In this document: positions 38,001 to 51,532 of the stretch, piece after piece
Layout: each line of letters begins with the position of its first letter
How positions within the stretch are numbered: position 1 is the stretch's first letter
Source: Azolla caroliniana
Lineage: Eukaryota; Plantae; Polypodiophyta
Direction: 5' to 3'
DNA: 64,000 nucleotides
Assembly (NCBI GenBank): GCA_043228905.1
Contig: JBHGNT010000014.1
Location: 4,898,001-4,962,000 of the forward strand
Position numbers and translations under genes: made by a program
The notes under the pieces: model-generated
The model's input: the letters and a program-made list of their open reading frames with translations, nothing else
Database searches by the model: none
Told to the model about the DNA's origin: nothing

Positions 38001-41000
38001 GGCCGACATGCCGGAGAGCTCACCGAACTCATTCGGAAACTGCGGTTGAAGTTTGCCATGAAGGACCTCGGTCCGACCAGACACATACTTGGTATGAAGA
38101 TTAGTCGTCATCGCGATACACGACAACTTTTCTTGTCTCAAACCGACTACATCGGACGTGTCTTGGAACACTTCAACATGCACTCGGCCAAGTCTGCTTC
38201 GACCCCGCTCCCCATTAACCTTCTGTTGTCTCAGCGACACTGCCCGACATCCCTTCTGGAGGGGGAAGATATGAAGTTAGTACCGTATGCACCAGCAGTT
38301 GGCTCCCTTATGTACGTGATGGTCGCGACATGACATGATATTTCTCATGCCGTAGGAGTTGTCAGCAGATTCATGCACAACCCAGGCCGATCGCACTGGA
38401 ACGCAGTCAAGCATGTGTTCAGATATCTAGTTGGCACAAAAGACCACGTCATTCTTTTTTGCTCGAACTCAACCTCAGGCGTAGTCGGTTACACCGACTC
38501 GGACTTTGCCAGCTGCGTGGACAGTCGAAAATCAGCAACTGGATATTATTTCAAATTCGGCAATGGAGCAATCTCGTGGAAGTCGAAACTCCAGGAGTGC
38601 ACAACCACCTTGTTACCCCGTACGAGATGTACAGAGAGTCAAGTGTGATGAGCGAGGGTCGAATGTTATCATGATGTTGTGTATGTGTAGGGGGCATAAA
38701 TGTAATTGTGAGTCTATATGTATGTGAACACATGCACACGTGTGTGCATGTGGATGGATACGAGGAGGTGTGAGTGAGTGTCCAATATGAATGCTCGAGG
38801 GGGCTTACACCCTTATGTATCTACCCCCTCATGTACTATTTAACCCCTTATGGGGAATGAATAAAACATGAATAACCATTTCTCTCTCTCTCTCTCTCTC
38901 TCTCTCTTTGACATCTTTCTCTCTCTCCCCCTTAACGTTGAACCCCCTTGGGAGGGGGGTGGAGCCATTCTAGGCACCACCCCCCACCCCGCAATGCTTC
39001 TCAATGCTTGTCTTGCATCTTCATGATCTCTCACCATCATACCATTCATCATCTCCACCATTACACCATGTCTATCTTCATCATTAATCATCATCATTAT
39101 CATTCTCATTAACCCTAACCCTAAAAAACTACAACACCTTTTGGCGACCACTAAGGCAACCCCCCTTTGGAGACGGAGTCGAAGAATGATACGTGGTGAT
39201 GCAAGTCAATAACGACAAAATATGCAAGAAATGGTGATGGTGATTGAAAGCCGTCGAGGAATGCAACAGGGTGATGTTGTGCGCAAGGAAGATGAAGAAT
39301 GTTACGTGGTGATGATCCGCAAGAAATGGAATCGACAACAATATGCAAAAAATGGCGACCATGATGTGCATGAGAAGCAAGAAATGACAGATTGATTATC
39401 CGTGCCATGATTCTGATACAAATTAATGTCTATACAAGTGTATTTTGTTTGACATGTGATTGGTCTTTTTGGCTTGGATCTGATCGCAAAGAAAGAAGAA
39501 AAAAGCAAGGGAGAAATAAAGCCTATGATCTATGCGAGACCCAACCACCACATGCTGTATCTTCCAAAGATGCGAGAGTGCATTTCTATCCACATATGAT
39601 CGGACACACATGGCCAGAAAGCAACCGACTGGACCAAAGGGAATTGTTGGAACAAAGATGGAGAAGGCAATTAAGAAAGCGAAAGAAATACAAACCGACA
39701 CGGAAAGACACGACTAGTCAAATGGCCCGGAACAAGGAACCAGAAATACAACCAAATGGGCAGAACTCGCAAGAATGGCCGGATAGCGGGCAAGAGTGGC
39801 CGAAGTGACCGGATAGCAGTCGAAGTGTCTAAGTGGCCGGACAACAGTCGGAGCGACCGTAGAGAGGTCGGAATGGCCGAATAACGGCTAGACAATGGCT
39901 GAAGTGCAACCGGGCAACAGTCTGAGCGGTTGGAGAGCGGTCGGAAGGGTCGGAAACCGGTCGGAATAACCGGATGCAAACAGGCGACCGGGACGACAGA
40001 CCGGAAGACAACAGACAAATGGTTGGGACAATAGCTGAACAACGACAAGAGTGGCGGCAAATAATCAGCGGCGACAACGAAAAATCAGCGACGAAGATGG
40101 TCGGACAACAAACGGCCGAGTAAAAGCGGTCAAACGAATGACGATGCCAAACAATGGTAGAACTAGCTGGACGAACCGGACAAACGAGCGGATGGGATGG
40201 ACAAGCATCAGATAGCCGATGACCGGACAGATGGCGGGAGGAGGACTGGAATCGACGGACACGCCGGACACGCTGGACAAAGCGACGGACGATGGCCGGA
40301 ATAGCAAACATCAAATGGTTGTAGAGGCGGCCGAAAAGACACGACCAGAAGGGCCAAAGATAGAGACGGCAACCAACTGACAGCTGACAGACAACAACGG
40401 CTAGACACAGTCGAACCGCGGCCAGAACGGAGGCCGGAAGAACGGCCGGATAGATGGCGAAATATTGACGAGTGAATAGAGCGGTCATGCGACGAATCTC
40501 GGCCAAAACAGACAGCCGACTGGGCCGGATAGGCCTAGCGACGACGAGAAAGGGAGATGGTGATGACTGACACAGAGATGAAAGGCGTCGGGACGATGAA
40601 TAGCAACGGCCACAGAAGCGACAACAATGAATATAGAAGGACGGAAACGACGACGGTAGCACAAAGAAGGAGATGACGTGCAAGCAAAGGGAGAGTGAAG
40701 GTCGCGTTTCCTCCCTACCCCGAAACGCAAAAACAGAACAAGGACGAAGTGGAAGAAACAGAGAGAAGAAGAAACAGAGAGGTGGAAAATGGAACACAAG
40801 AAGGAAAGAAGAGGGGTATAGAAGAAGAAGAATAACAGACAGAGAAAAGAAGAAGAGAAGCAGGAAACGAAAGCAGAAAGAAGTAGAAAGAGATGAGGGA
40901 TACACACAAGAGAGAGTGTAATAACGGACCACAACAATAACCTAGAGATAAAGATGAAGTTGGAGCATTACAAAAACAAGAAGACAGGAATGGATAAAGA

Positions 41001-41732
41001 AGAAATTGAAGCAGAAGATAGGCCGGGAAGAAAAATAGAGGAAGGGCAAGAGAGAATGATAGGGGTATGGAACATAATTTTAAAACATGAGGGTATTTGA
41101 TAATATTTCAAAAACAAAGGGTAGCAACCTAAAATTTCATAAACTTGAGGGCACCGACGAAATTGTAAAAACTCATCCACCTAGAGAAATGGATGTGATC
41201 AACAACAACAACTCACATAAAATTAAAGGAAGAACACACATACACACAACGTGCTTTTGGACCCATGATGAAGTTCGTAAGCCGACAGAACGAGAATGTT
41301 TGTGTCGCGGACGATTTGCTGACCGACAAAGATGTTCGAGTCAAGCATTCCGATCGATGTTGTCGATCGTTGAAAGGACCGATGGAAGTTCCGGTCGAAG
41401 AAATATCATCATCAAGGCATGTGGGATCGACGTGCAAGGCACTTTCCCACGGGCGTGCCATATTGTGTTACCCCGTACGAGATGTACGGAGAGTCAAGTG
41501 TGATGAGCGAGGGTCGAATGTTATCATGATGTTGTGTATGTGTAGGGGGCATAAATGTAATTGTGAGTCTATACGTATGTGAACACATGCACACATGTGT
41601 GCATGTGGATGGATACGAGGAGGTGTGAGTGAGTGTCCAATATGAATGCTCGAGGGGGCTTACACCCCTATGTATCTACCCCCTCATGTACTATTTAACC
41701 CCTTATGGGGAATGAATGAAACATGAATAACC

Positions 41733-41775
<43 letters not shown>

Positions 41776-42356
41776 ACATCTTTCTCTCTCTCCCCCTTAA
41801 CGTTGAACCCCCTTGGGAGGGGGGTGGAGCCATTCTAGGCACCACCCCCCACCCCGCAATGCTTCTCAATGCTTGTCTTGCATCTTCATGATCTCTCACC
41901 ATCATACCATTCATCATCTCCACCATTACACCATGTCTATCTTCATCATCAATCATCATCATTATCATTCTCATTAACCCTAACCCTAAAAACCTACAAC
42001 ACACCTCAACGACCGAAGTGGAATATGTAGCTACGTCTAACGCGGCAAAAGAAGCTTTATGGCTCGGTCGGCTGGCGCACATGTTTCGACAAGTTGACCT
42101 CGACTCGACTGCAGTTGTCTACAACGTCAGTCAGGGTGTTGTTGCTTTGTCAAAAAATCCGGTCCACCACAATGCCTCCAAGCATATCGACGTTCGATAT
42201 CACTTTGTTCGGGACTACGTCATTTCAAGGAAAATCGGTCTCGAGAAGATATCCAGAACCGATAATGGCGCAAATGGAATGACCAAGTGTCTTTCGGCGG
42301 ACCGCTTCCGGTCCCTTCGGCACCAGATGGGCGTAACGAAAAATCGGTCCAGTTAA
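35009..42356 (+). pseudogene. gag-pol of F (disrupted; E2 inserted in RNase H)
   Basis: RRFDGSNFNF, WLLDSG, LRTDNGGEF, QVDVKTTFLHGDL, HVDDMLL, GYTDSDFAS, SKHIDVRYHF. Confidence 0.92.
38611..42001 (+). mobile_element. Complete non-autonomous LTR element E2
   Basis: LTRs 38611-39136 and 41466-42001, perfect TSD CACCT, PBS TGGCGACCAC at 39142, tRNA-Arg-like motif at 41445-41460, no coding motifs. Confidence 0.95.
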
Positions 42357-44346
42357 AGTCGGACATACAACATAGGATGGTTTCGGACAACCGACATCGG
42401 TTCTTTGAGGATCGGCTTTAACTCTTCCAACCCGACCAGTTTGGTCTTCTGTCTTCAGATCTTGCCGACTCGAACAAAACCGATATGTTCGATAAACCTT
42501 GTACATACCTATAATCTCATATAACCCATGTATACGCGCATTACAAGGGAGTGTCGAATACGAGTGTATAATGGCCGTATTCACATTGTCCCTTTGGACA
42601 ACCCAAGTTTGGGCTATTTCTGTAAATAGCATAAAGGGCAGTTGCCCTAGGATAGTCACTATATAAAGTGACTTTGTAACCTTTAGTGGTGTGGTTGTCA
42701 TTTGTAACTGGTGCTGCTAAGAAATAAAACATTACTTTGTGCCTATCTCTCTCTCTCTCCCTCTATGTGTATCTTGTTCATTCTCATACACAGGTCCTTT
42801 AACATCACAAATGTTGTTTGTTCTTCCCCACTGACGACCTTGTCCCCAACAGCCTAGTTAAGGCTCGCGAGGGCACGGGCGCCCTTGATAGGGCCATAGA
42901 AGCGATGGTTAACAAGATAGGCCGGTTTAATGGGAAAGACGTAACATGTTACCTGGAGGCCTACTGGGCTGAGATGTTGATGAGGAATATTCTGGAGGAC
43001 AAACGACTGTTTGGATTTCCTTGGGTCGTAACGCCAAGCATCTATGCAAGGTGCTCGAAGTGCAAGCGGACTGTCATAATTGGGTAGACTTTGAGGGGTG
43101 GCTGCTCGAGAAGTATGGTTTCGATCATTGATTCTCTCCTGCTGTCGAAGAAAGATTTAATGGATTGGGTCGAGAGCCCCGGAAAGGCCGGAACGTATCG
43201 GCGCTCCTTTAGGAGTTTGAGTCGCGATTCGTGCAACTCTCGACACGAGACCGGACCATGCTTGATACGAGCAAGGTTCTGTTGTTTGTTACGTCGGTGA
43301 ACTTGCTCAATCGTGATAACGTGGGTCTCCTCTTGGACACGGACGAAGGGCTCACGGTCGATTGAGCTACGGTTAAAGGAGTATGCACATGTATCGACAA
43401 ACGGCGAGACTTGAAAAACACGGGGCCATCGACAGTTGGTCCGACTGCGGAGACAAGGGTTGAGCTGGCGCCGACCTAGATGGAGGAAACGAGAAGGTGG
43501 CTCGAGTCGGGCCAAGTTTCGACCACCGTGGTCGTGTGACTCTAGAGGAGCTGACGAAGATGGCGCGCGATCTCCATATCTCTTAGGTCGAAGGGACGAC
43601 GGAGGTCAATTGTGCGACCGATGGCCGCCAGTTGACCAAAGGTGTATATGGTGTGATGTCATTGGGCAATGCCCGAAGAGACTGCGCCGACTTTGGCGAA
43701 GCCCTTAGGAGTAACGTGGTGTACCTTTGGAATGGTCGGGTGCGGGTGCACGCAAGCGACATGCGGAGGCCGCTCGAAGTAAACACCGGATGAGGCGGCA
43801 TGAAGAGGATAATGGAGGAGGTAGCGACGCGTCATGTCGAGGGCATTCACTACTCGGCCTCAACCAATATCCGTGTGGGTAGAGAGAAAGCCATCGGCTC
43901 CGGGGCATACTTCGGATTTGGTCGGTAATACTAGAGGGTTTCCCTCGAAAGAAGCTGAAGAAGGAGAAAGTGGACCGCGCAGAGAGGCGGGTTCGCGAAG
44001 TCACTGGATGCAGTGATTCAGTTGAGGAGAAGACCGGCTTCGTGGAAGCCATGTGCCAGAACTACAAGGTTCTGGTCGACGACAAGCGGGCCGGAAAGGC
44101 CGAAAAGGCTGGAGGGGCAGGCCCTTCAGGGAGGTATGACACCTGGAGCAGACCCAAGAGAAGTGATTCACAAGCGAAAGAAAAGGGGAAGTTCCTGAGC
44201 TTCCGGTTAAGCTCAGAGATAGAGAAAACGATCGACCTACGGAAGGTCTTGGAGGAGCGAATCCTCGATAGTCGCGTGGAACTCACGCTGCAGGAAGTGC
44301 TAGGAATAGCAAAGAAAGAGTTCCACGACGGCATCGTCGATCTCGT

Positions 44347-45313
44347 TGTCGTGTGAAAGCTAACGGGAACCGGCCGGCAAGCAAATTTGGAACCAGCTGG
44401 TAAGCAAAACCGAAAACCGGCCGGGAAGCAATCCGGAAGGCCCGGTAAGCAAAACCGGAAACCAGCCGGGAAGCAAACCGGAACCGGGCCGGTAAGAAAA
44501 ACCGAAAACCGGCTGGTAAACAAACCAGAACCAGAACCAGAACCGGCCGGTAAGCAAAATCGAAAACCGGTCGGTAAGCAAACCAGAACTGGTGGTGACA
44601 ATCGGCGACCGGACGAGGCTGGACACAAACCTAACGGATAACAAGATCATGTGGCTAATTAAAGTGAAGTGAGGAAAACTAAAGAAAAGGTCATGTGGAC
44701 GGTCGCATGCAACTTAAAGAAAAAGGCATGCAACTAAAAATAGATGTAACTAAAAGAAAAAGCTAAGCAACTAAAAGTAGAGGCCATGCAACAAAAGGTA
44801 GACATGCATATGATCAACGGGGAACTCCATATATATTCCATTTTTTTTCCTATATTATATACTCTCTCCATTATTTTTCTTTTCCTTCTTAGCTCCCTTA
44901 TATTAGAGAAGCCATAACTCTCATAAACCCAAAATTCCCTACGGAAGCCATAACACTCAAACCCTAATCTTCCCTACGGAAGCCATAACACTCAAAAACG
45001 CTAATCTTCCCTACGGAAGCCATAATACTCATATAACCATAATCTCTTATCAAAGCCAAGAACCCTAAATCTCTGGAATCCATATCTTAGTTTCTTCTAA
45101 TCTATTATTCTAGCAATCTCCTTAAGATAAAGCTTTTGTAATCTCAATCTTGAGATTGATTGTAATCTTTCTTTCCCTTTATTAATGAAATTTGTGAATC
45201 TTTATCATTTTGTTTTAATTGTTTAATATAATCATACGAATATGATATCTTCCGGTCGGAGGCCCCGGGGTCCTGCCTCAAAGTTCACGTATCCTCGTCG
45301 TATTTTCGCGACA
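44347..45313. repeat. Solo LTR M
   Basis: TGTCGTGTGAAA..TTTTCGCGACA, 4-bp TSD TCGT; removal restores host DLV|KRKQ. Internal tandem repeats at 44370-44590 and 44935-45030. Confidence 0.88.
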
Positions 45314-46385
45314 TCGTAAAGAGGAAACAACTCGCGACAAAGCCAGAACCGGAAAAACCGATCGAAGTAAATGCGGCACTGCTCGACGAGGTGGTTGTGG
45401 AAGATGCGTTTACCGAGGGCCACTACATGAAGCTGCATTAGGCGAGGGCGACAATAGAGACCCCGGTTCGGATTAGGGATGTAAAGGAACTGGTGGTGGC
45501 ATTGATCGACCATGGGTCGAAAATTAACCTAATGTCCATGGACTTTTATAAGAAGGGAAAATGGTCGATCAACACCAAGCACGGGTGGAAGATACATGCG
45601 GCTACGCGAGCCACGAAGGAGCTACACAGAGCATGCCCAAATGTCTGTGTACGGGTCGACGACGTCGAGATACACCAACACTTCTTTGTGCAAGAAACAT
45701 CCTCCCATCCTGTCATCCTCGGCGAACCCTACATCACAGCGGCTCGAATGGAGACCAAGGTGCTTGGCAATGGCTCGGCATACGCGAGGGTGAAGAGCTA
45801 GGATGAACGACACTTCGTCCAATTTCTAACGGTTCGCCCAAACTACAGGCATAATCGGGATACTCTCGGCAATGGTGGTGGAGAGGATTTTTGAAGAGGG
45901 CTATCAAGGCGTGGAACCGCGATAGTCTAGACAACCAAAACAAACCCCACACCTGTACCATAGGTAGGAAAATTTTGTTCTCCAACAACGGAGGTTGTAC
46001 TATAGTCGGCATTGGTGTATGGGACAAAAAGCGAGTTGAAGAGCGCTCGAAGGCGTGCGGAGCCTTGGGGCCCGACGAGGAGATCGGCGATGCCGTGGAT
46101 GTGGTTTCATTCAATGACACCCTTGGAGAGATCGAGAGGGTAGTCGAGGAGGATTTAAGCGAAGACCGGGTCATACTGGTCAATTCAGTTGAGATGTATG
46201 AAGTCATTGCGAACTTCGAGAGGAAGATCAGGGCGGACCGGACTGCCCACGTGGACACAAAGTACAAGAGTGTGGGCCGGAAGGTGAGGCCAGTCGTGGC
46301 TCCCTTGTCGAAGGACAACTAGGAGCAAATGAAAGGGGTCGCTACTGACCCAAGTTTACGAGATCCGGCCGGCATAGGACACTGG

Positions 46386-47018
46386 TGTCGCGAAATTTCG
46401 CGTGCATGTGTCGCTCGAACGGGACTGTTGGAACCTTGGACCGGGGAGACATAAGCAGTGAGGAAGTGGGAGAACAAGACATGGGGAAATATAAATAAGT
46501 TTTGATATAAATTAGGTTTTTTGTTTTTATTTTTTTACAATTGTTAGGCTTGACACCACGATTTCGGTGGTTATTACAATAATCGGTTAGAAATCAACCA
46601 AAAACTAAAATAATCTAGCGAAAGCGAGTCTAGTGGGCTCTAGGCTCAACTACTACTCCGACGGTTATGTTGCCTCGATTCGGAGTAGCCCACGTGCCAC
46701 TACAACCTCCCTTACGCCATCGGCTACCGCGTTGACTACCACCGAGATGCCGAAGAAGTTGATGTCTAAGGAATCCAAGCCCTAAAATATCTCGAGTAAG
46801 AAGTATAATAGAGGCAAAACTCTCAAACCACCCTAAAATCCTAACTCCTCTAGTATGTTGAGGAGAAAAGAAGAAAAGTAGGAAGAAGAAGCTCTCAAAC
46901 CTTAACCCTAGAAGGAAAAGAAGAAGGATAAAGGGATAAGGTGAAAAGGAGGCTATAAACCCTAACCCAAGAAGAAGAGGAGAAGAAGATGAAACCCTAG
47001 TGGTACACCCATACGACA
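46386..47018. repeat. LTR N (TGTCG..CGACA type), followed by ~40 bp of extra sequence
   Basis: TGTCGCGAAA..ATACGACA interrupts H pol; no TSD found. Confidence 0.6.
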
Positions 47019-47694
47019 AAATGGGTGACCCCCAAATAAGCCCTATCCCTCCTCTCTTCTAGAGGAAAAAGGAGCTAAAGATAGGTGGGGGTGGCTTCCT
47101 ACTGTCGATGGAAGAGGACTGTTTCGGAGAATGCTCGAGAGGCACGAGAAAGCCTTCTCATTCTCACTAGGGGAGATCGGGTGCGCCGACCGATGACTTC
47201 ATTCAGGACTTGCAACCGGTCAACAAGGTGGCCATTCGAAATGCAATTGTCAGTGTTACCGATTAGGAACACGGTCTGCGGTCAGTCCTTCGACCTGGAC
47301 CTCCAAGTGGGTGTGGAACAATGAATAGGCGTCTAAGCGTAATGCGTAGGGGAAGGTTCCATGTAACCTATCAGTGTATAGGGGAACGACTACAACCGAA
47401 TCCCTACCAAGGGTTACACTTACGCACTTGAACGCTTAGGTATTCAAGACACACACAGTAGTTTAGCCGTAGCTATACACAAGAAATCAGAGAAGATAGG
47501 ATTCTATTATTAGACGTTTCTTTACATTCCCAAAATTACACGCACTCTCTATCAGAGGTTTTCTACCCTTTATATACGCAGGGTCTATTTAGCCGTTCAC
47601 GCTTCCTGCGTGAACCGTTACATGCATTATGCTCTTATATTATTTCTTATTCCTACGCTTTTGTCCGTCGGTTACTATTCCGGCGGACAACATC

Positions 47695-47711
47695 TGGCAC
47701 GCCTGTGGGAC
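47695..47711 (+). promoter_or_regulatory. Inverted tRNA-Arg PBS-like site at the PPT position of I
   Basis: TGGCACGCCTGTGGGAC 2 nt from the 3' LTR, facing opposite to the element's own PBS. Confidence 0.7.
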
Positions 47712-47739
47712 AGTGCCCTGGCATGTCGGAACCATCCTG

Positions 47740-50700
47740 TTAATCCTCTTCCAAAATGGCCTGGATGTTTGGCTCTGTTGCGGTGTCTGCATCCGTAGGT
47801 GACATAGGGCCCGTAGGTGCATCGTGATGTGGCTCCCCTGTTTGGTCAGGCTGGTTCTCTCGGAGTCATCGTCGTCGTTTGTGGGCGGTCCGGGTACGGT
47901 GAACTCTTCTTGAGCTAGTGGGTTGGGCTCCGCCGTTGTCGTGCTTGCAGTCGGTTGCGGCTCTGCCTCTATTGTTGCGTCCTCCGTAGTGTCGGCCGTT
48001 TTTGTACGTTCCGGGGAGCGGGACGAAGATTCCGCCTGGTCCGCACCATTCTCCGTGTGGTCTGATGATAGTGTGGGCTCGTGCGAATGAACCTCTTGTT
48101 GTGCAGTGGTTTCGTTGTCTGGTCCTGTGGGGAACTCCACTCGTCGTGTTGAGAACTCGACGTTCCTTATGTCCGACGCTCGGCCACAACCGAGATTCTT
48201 TTCATACACAGAAAAACAGGTAATGAAACGCGACACAAAAGAGGAGAAATGGTACACAGGAGGTATACGTGGAAAACCCCAAAATAGGGGAAAAAACCAT
48301 GGCAGCCCACAAGCTGCAAACTGTCACTATGTAGAAATATCAACAGTGAGATCACTGAGGCAACGACCTCGTGCTCTCAGATCTTCGCCACAGGCGGCGG
48401 TTACAACAGAGGCAACGACCTCGTCTCTCTCTCTCTCTCTCTGTACAGTTACGTGCTCTGATTTCTTCTTCTGCACCACACCAAAAGAATAACAACAAGA
48501 ATGACAACTAACTACTAAAAGTTTGCCCTAAGTCATATTTATACTAATATGACTTTTCGGCTATTTACAAATGTAGCCTCGATGGGCTCCATCCGGCTCT
48601 CCACAGTCGGGTACTCCTCATCCGGTTCATACCGGGCCTACACCATCCGACTCTCCGCAGTCGGGTACTCCTCATCCGGTTCATACCGGGCCTACACCAT
48701 CCGACTCTCCGCAGTCGGGTACTCCTCATCCGGTTCTCCGTTTCGGCCTCGGCCTGTCGGCCTCGGCCGAGTTTGTTCGTCGGCACTGTTCTTCTCCCTT
48801 CCCATCCGGAGGGACCTGTCTACCAACACGTCAGTCCCCGCTATTCTCCATTGTTGTCATTTCTGGTGATCGGGCCTGAGGTTCCTCTTCTTCGGCCGTG
48901 CCCAGAATTGGCATCGCGCTGGATTCCTCGTTTGTGCGTGTGTTACCGGTTTGTGGCGATCTGGTGAAATAGCTCCTCCTAGCATTCACCAAAATCATCT
49001 AAGAGCTGCGCGAGTTCTTCGGAGTGTTGGTCCGCTAGCGCGCGATAGTCTTGCGCTAGATCTTCTCATACGGCCGAAATGCTCTCCTCATTTAGTTTAT
49101 AGAAACCTTGACCGTCTTTTCACCGGTTCTCCCAGTCCGCACGATACGTGTGCAATTCCACTGCTTGGGTTGCCCACGCCATCCATCCTTTGTCCATCGT
49201 CGTTTTCAATTGCACTGTGAACCTTTCTCAATTTGTTTGGAGAAGGATACGCATGTTATCTGTGATGGCCTGGCAACGATTGCGTGCGTCTTCCATCGAC
49301 TTCTGGAGATTTGAGATTTCCTGTTGTTTAACCGTTGCCGCTTCCTCATACGTGGTCTTCAGGCCCGCCCACAACTGGGATTCCTTTGCATGTTGTTCTT
49401 CTAATTTCCCCATTTCATTGTTTAGGCGGATTTCGAGCTGATGCCTTCTGTCTTGTTCGACCACGAACTGCTCATCGAACCATACCTTCTTTTTTTCTAA
49501 TAAGGCCAGGAGTCCCGCTATTGCCGCCTCCGATTTCTTCGCGTCCTCCCGTAATTGGGCATTGTCGTCTTTTGTCCGGATGTGCTGAGCTACCTCCGTA
49601 GCGAGTTTCTCTTCAAGGGTTTTTACCGCCTTTCGGCCATTAGCCCGTATCTCCTTTTCTCTGTCTGAGGATTGGCGTAGTTCCTCTCGAAGGCGGTCAA
49701 TTTCTGATTCTGCTAGTTGCACGACCCTTTTCGCTTTTGAGGCGATGGCGGTCTAAGCCTCTATTTCTTCTTTTAGAGCATCGATGGTGTGGTTCGGTGG
49801 CGGGGTTGCGTGTTGCGCCGTAGTCGTGTGAGCTTCCAACTCCGCGATGCGTGCGTTGGCTTTTTGCAGTTCGACTTGGGTAAGTTTAACCTTCTTCCAG
49901 ACATTCTTATTTTTTATGGCCATCTCCTTAGCGCCCGTGCTGACCTTTGCCAGTTCCCGATGGACTTTGACTAGGGCTGTGTTTAATGGGGGTATCTCCA
50001 TCCCCACCCGGCGTACCCCGGCGTTCCTCTGTCTGCCGACCCTGGCTAGCCGTTCCTCATCGTCGCTCTCCGTCGTTTGTATTAGGGCGCGCTCGATCAT
50101 CTGGCGTTCCACGTGCTCTTCAACCATTCGTTGGGCGGCTTTTACCTATTGTGTTGCCAGGAACTCCATGAGCTCAAAAGAAGTGTCGAACTGTAAGAGG
50201 GCGTTGAACTCGTGGGTCGTATCCGGGATATTTGGATATGCCAAAACCTCGCTTTCCGTCGTCAATACGGCTTTCCCTCGTTGGGATTGGGTCGTAATGA
50301 TCGGTCGTGGCTCCCGGATGATTTTGAAGATGGTATTGGGTTCCGTAGCTGCGGAGCCATCACCTTCAGTCAGTTTTTCTGTCGTTGTGGGGGCGTTTTT
50401 GACCAACCCCCGCCCATCTTTCTTGTCCAATCTACGCCGTTTTGGTCTGGGACTCTCTCGCCGTGTTTCGATGTCTGGCTCTAGGGCTGCTTCCATGGAA
50501 CGTGTCGGTTGTTCCTCCTGCGTTGTCCGTGTGTCCGGCTAGTCGGTAGGAGGTGTTATCCTTGGGTCCGGCTGGGCGGGTTGGGGTTCCTCTTCCCACT
50601 CTGGGGCCGATAACTCCGCTAACCTGCGCTTCGCGGATCGGGGCAGGGGCGTGGGTCGGTTGGGCTGCGGTGCCAACAAGCCTCGAGGTGGAAATAGTAC

Positions 50701-51195
50701 TGTAAGGTACTGTTGTATGATCGGCCTAAGCTTTTTGCCTGCCTGGTACGCATATAGGCCTTCCCTTAACGTCAGCCCTGTGATGACCCCCTAGTCAACG
50801 GCATGCCCTTCAAAGGTATCGATAATGATGCCCGCCTTCTGCTTAGGCATCCCATATGCGTTGATATGTACGCAACCGACTTCTAGCAGGAACTTGGCAA
50901 CTTCACGGAAGAAGGGATCCGGAATCTGCTTTGTTCTATAGGCCTTTGCGGAGGAGGAATATGGACCAAAATACCGTTGCAACACCTCTGCAGGAGGTAT
51001 TTCGAAATGCCTTTCGCCTAGTGATGATAGGTCCAACTTCTTCCGGATGGAGGAGTTGGTGACCGTGTCAATGTTAAGCTTCTTGGCGATGCCCATGGCG
51101 TCCGGGTGTGGAGGTGCCTCTGCGACCCGGATGTACCCATCCAGGCGTTTCTCCATGAGCCATTGACGTAAGGCAGTAGAGATGAAGATCGACAT
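47740..51195 (-). pseudogene. Extra 3' ORF of I (interrupted by solo LTR G2 and stops)
   Basis: MSIFISTALRQWLMEKRLDGYIRVAEAPPH.. aligns with the D extra ORF; coiled coil at 49228-50127; ends ILEED*. Confidence 0.75.
48147..48828. repeat. Solo LTR G2
   Basis: Same family as G1; TSD cgtcg/cgtca. Confidence 0.92.
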
Positions 51196-51532
51196 CGCCA
51201 GGAGAGGTTCTTGGGAAGGAGACCGGTGGTTGCGGTGGGCTGAAGCTCTATGATAGGATGGGGGAGAAGGTGAGGGGGAGGAGCGATGGGAGTGTTGATA
51301 GCTAGAAGATGGGTTTTTGTTTTGTGCAGAAAATCTTCTATTTCCTTCTATTTGTGGCTTAGGGTTCATTGGGCGGTGAGCCATCGTGGTGCCGCGTGTT
51401 CTTGAACTAGGAGTTTGTGCATGCCTTTAGTCGTTTTAATAGTCGCTATCTTCTCCTTCTTCTTCTTCTTCTTTTTTTTCGTAACGGTTATTTACCTATT
51501 TTTACATTATGATACAAGTGGGGCCGTCCATT

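Larger units (their letters stand above)
34019..42851 (+). mobile_element. Full-length Ty1/copia element F (Tnt1/Tork-like) inserted in the gag of H
   Basis: LTRs 34019-34334 and 42552-42851, perfect TSD GCCTA, PBS TGGTATCAGAGC at 34337-34348, PPT AAGGGAG. Confidence 0.96.

Noticed and set aside
39829-40932. 367-aa antisense ORF in E2 (and 19784-20503 in E) as a hidden protein
   Set aside because: The plus strand is T-poor and purine-rich, which suppresses antisense stop codons. The S/L/F/R-rich translations show no evident alignment between E and E2.
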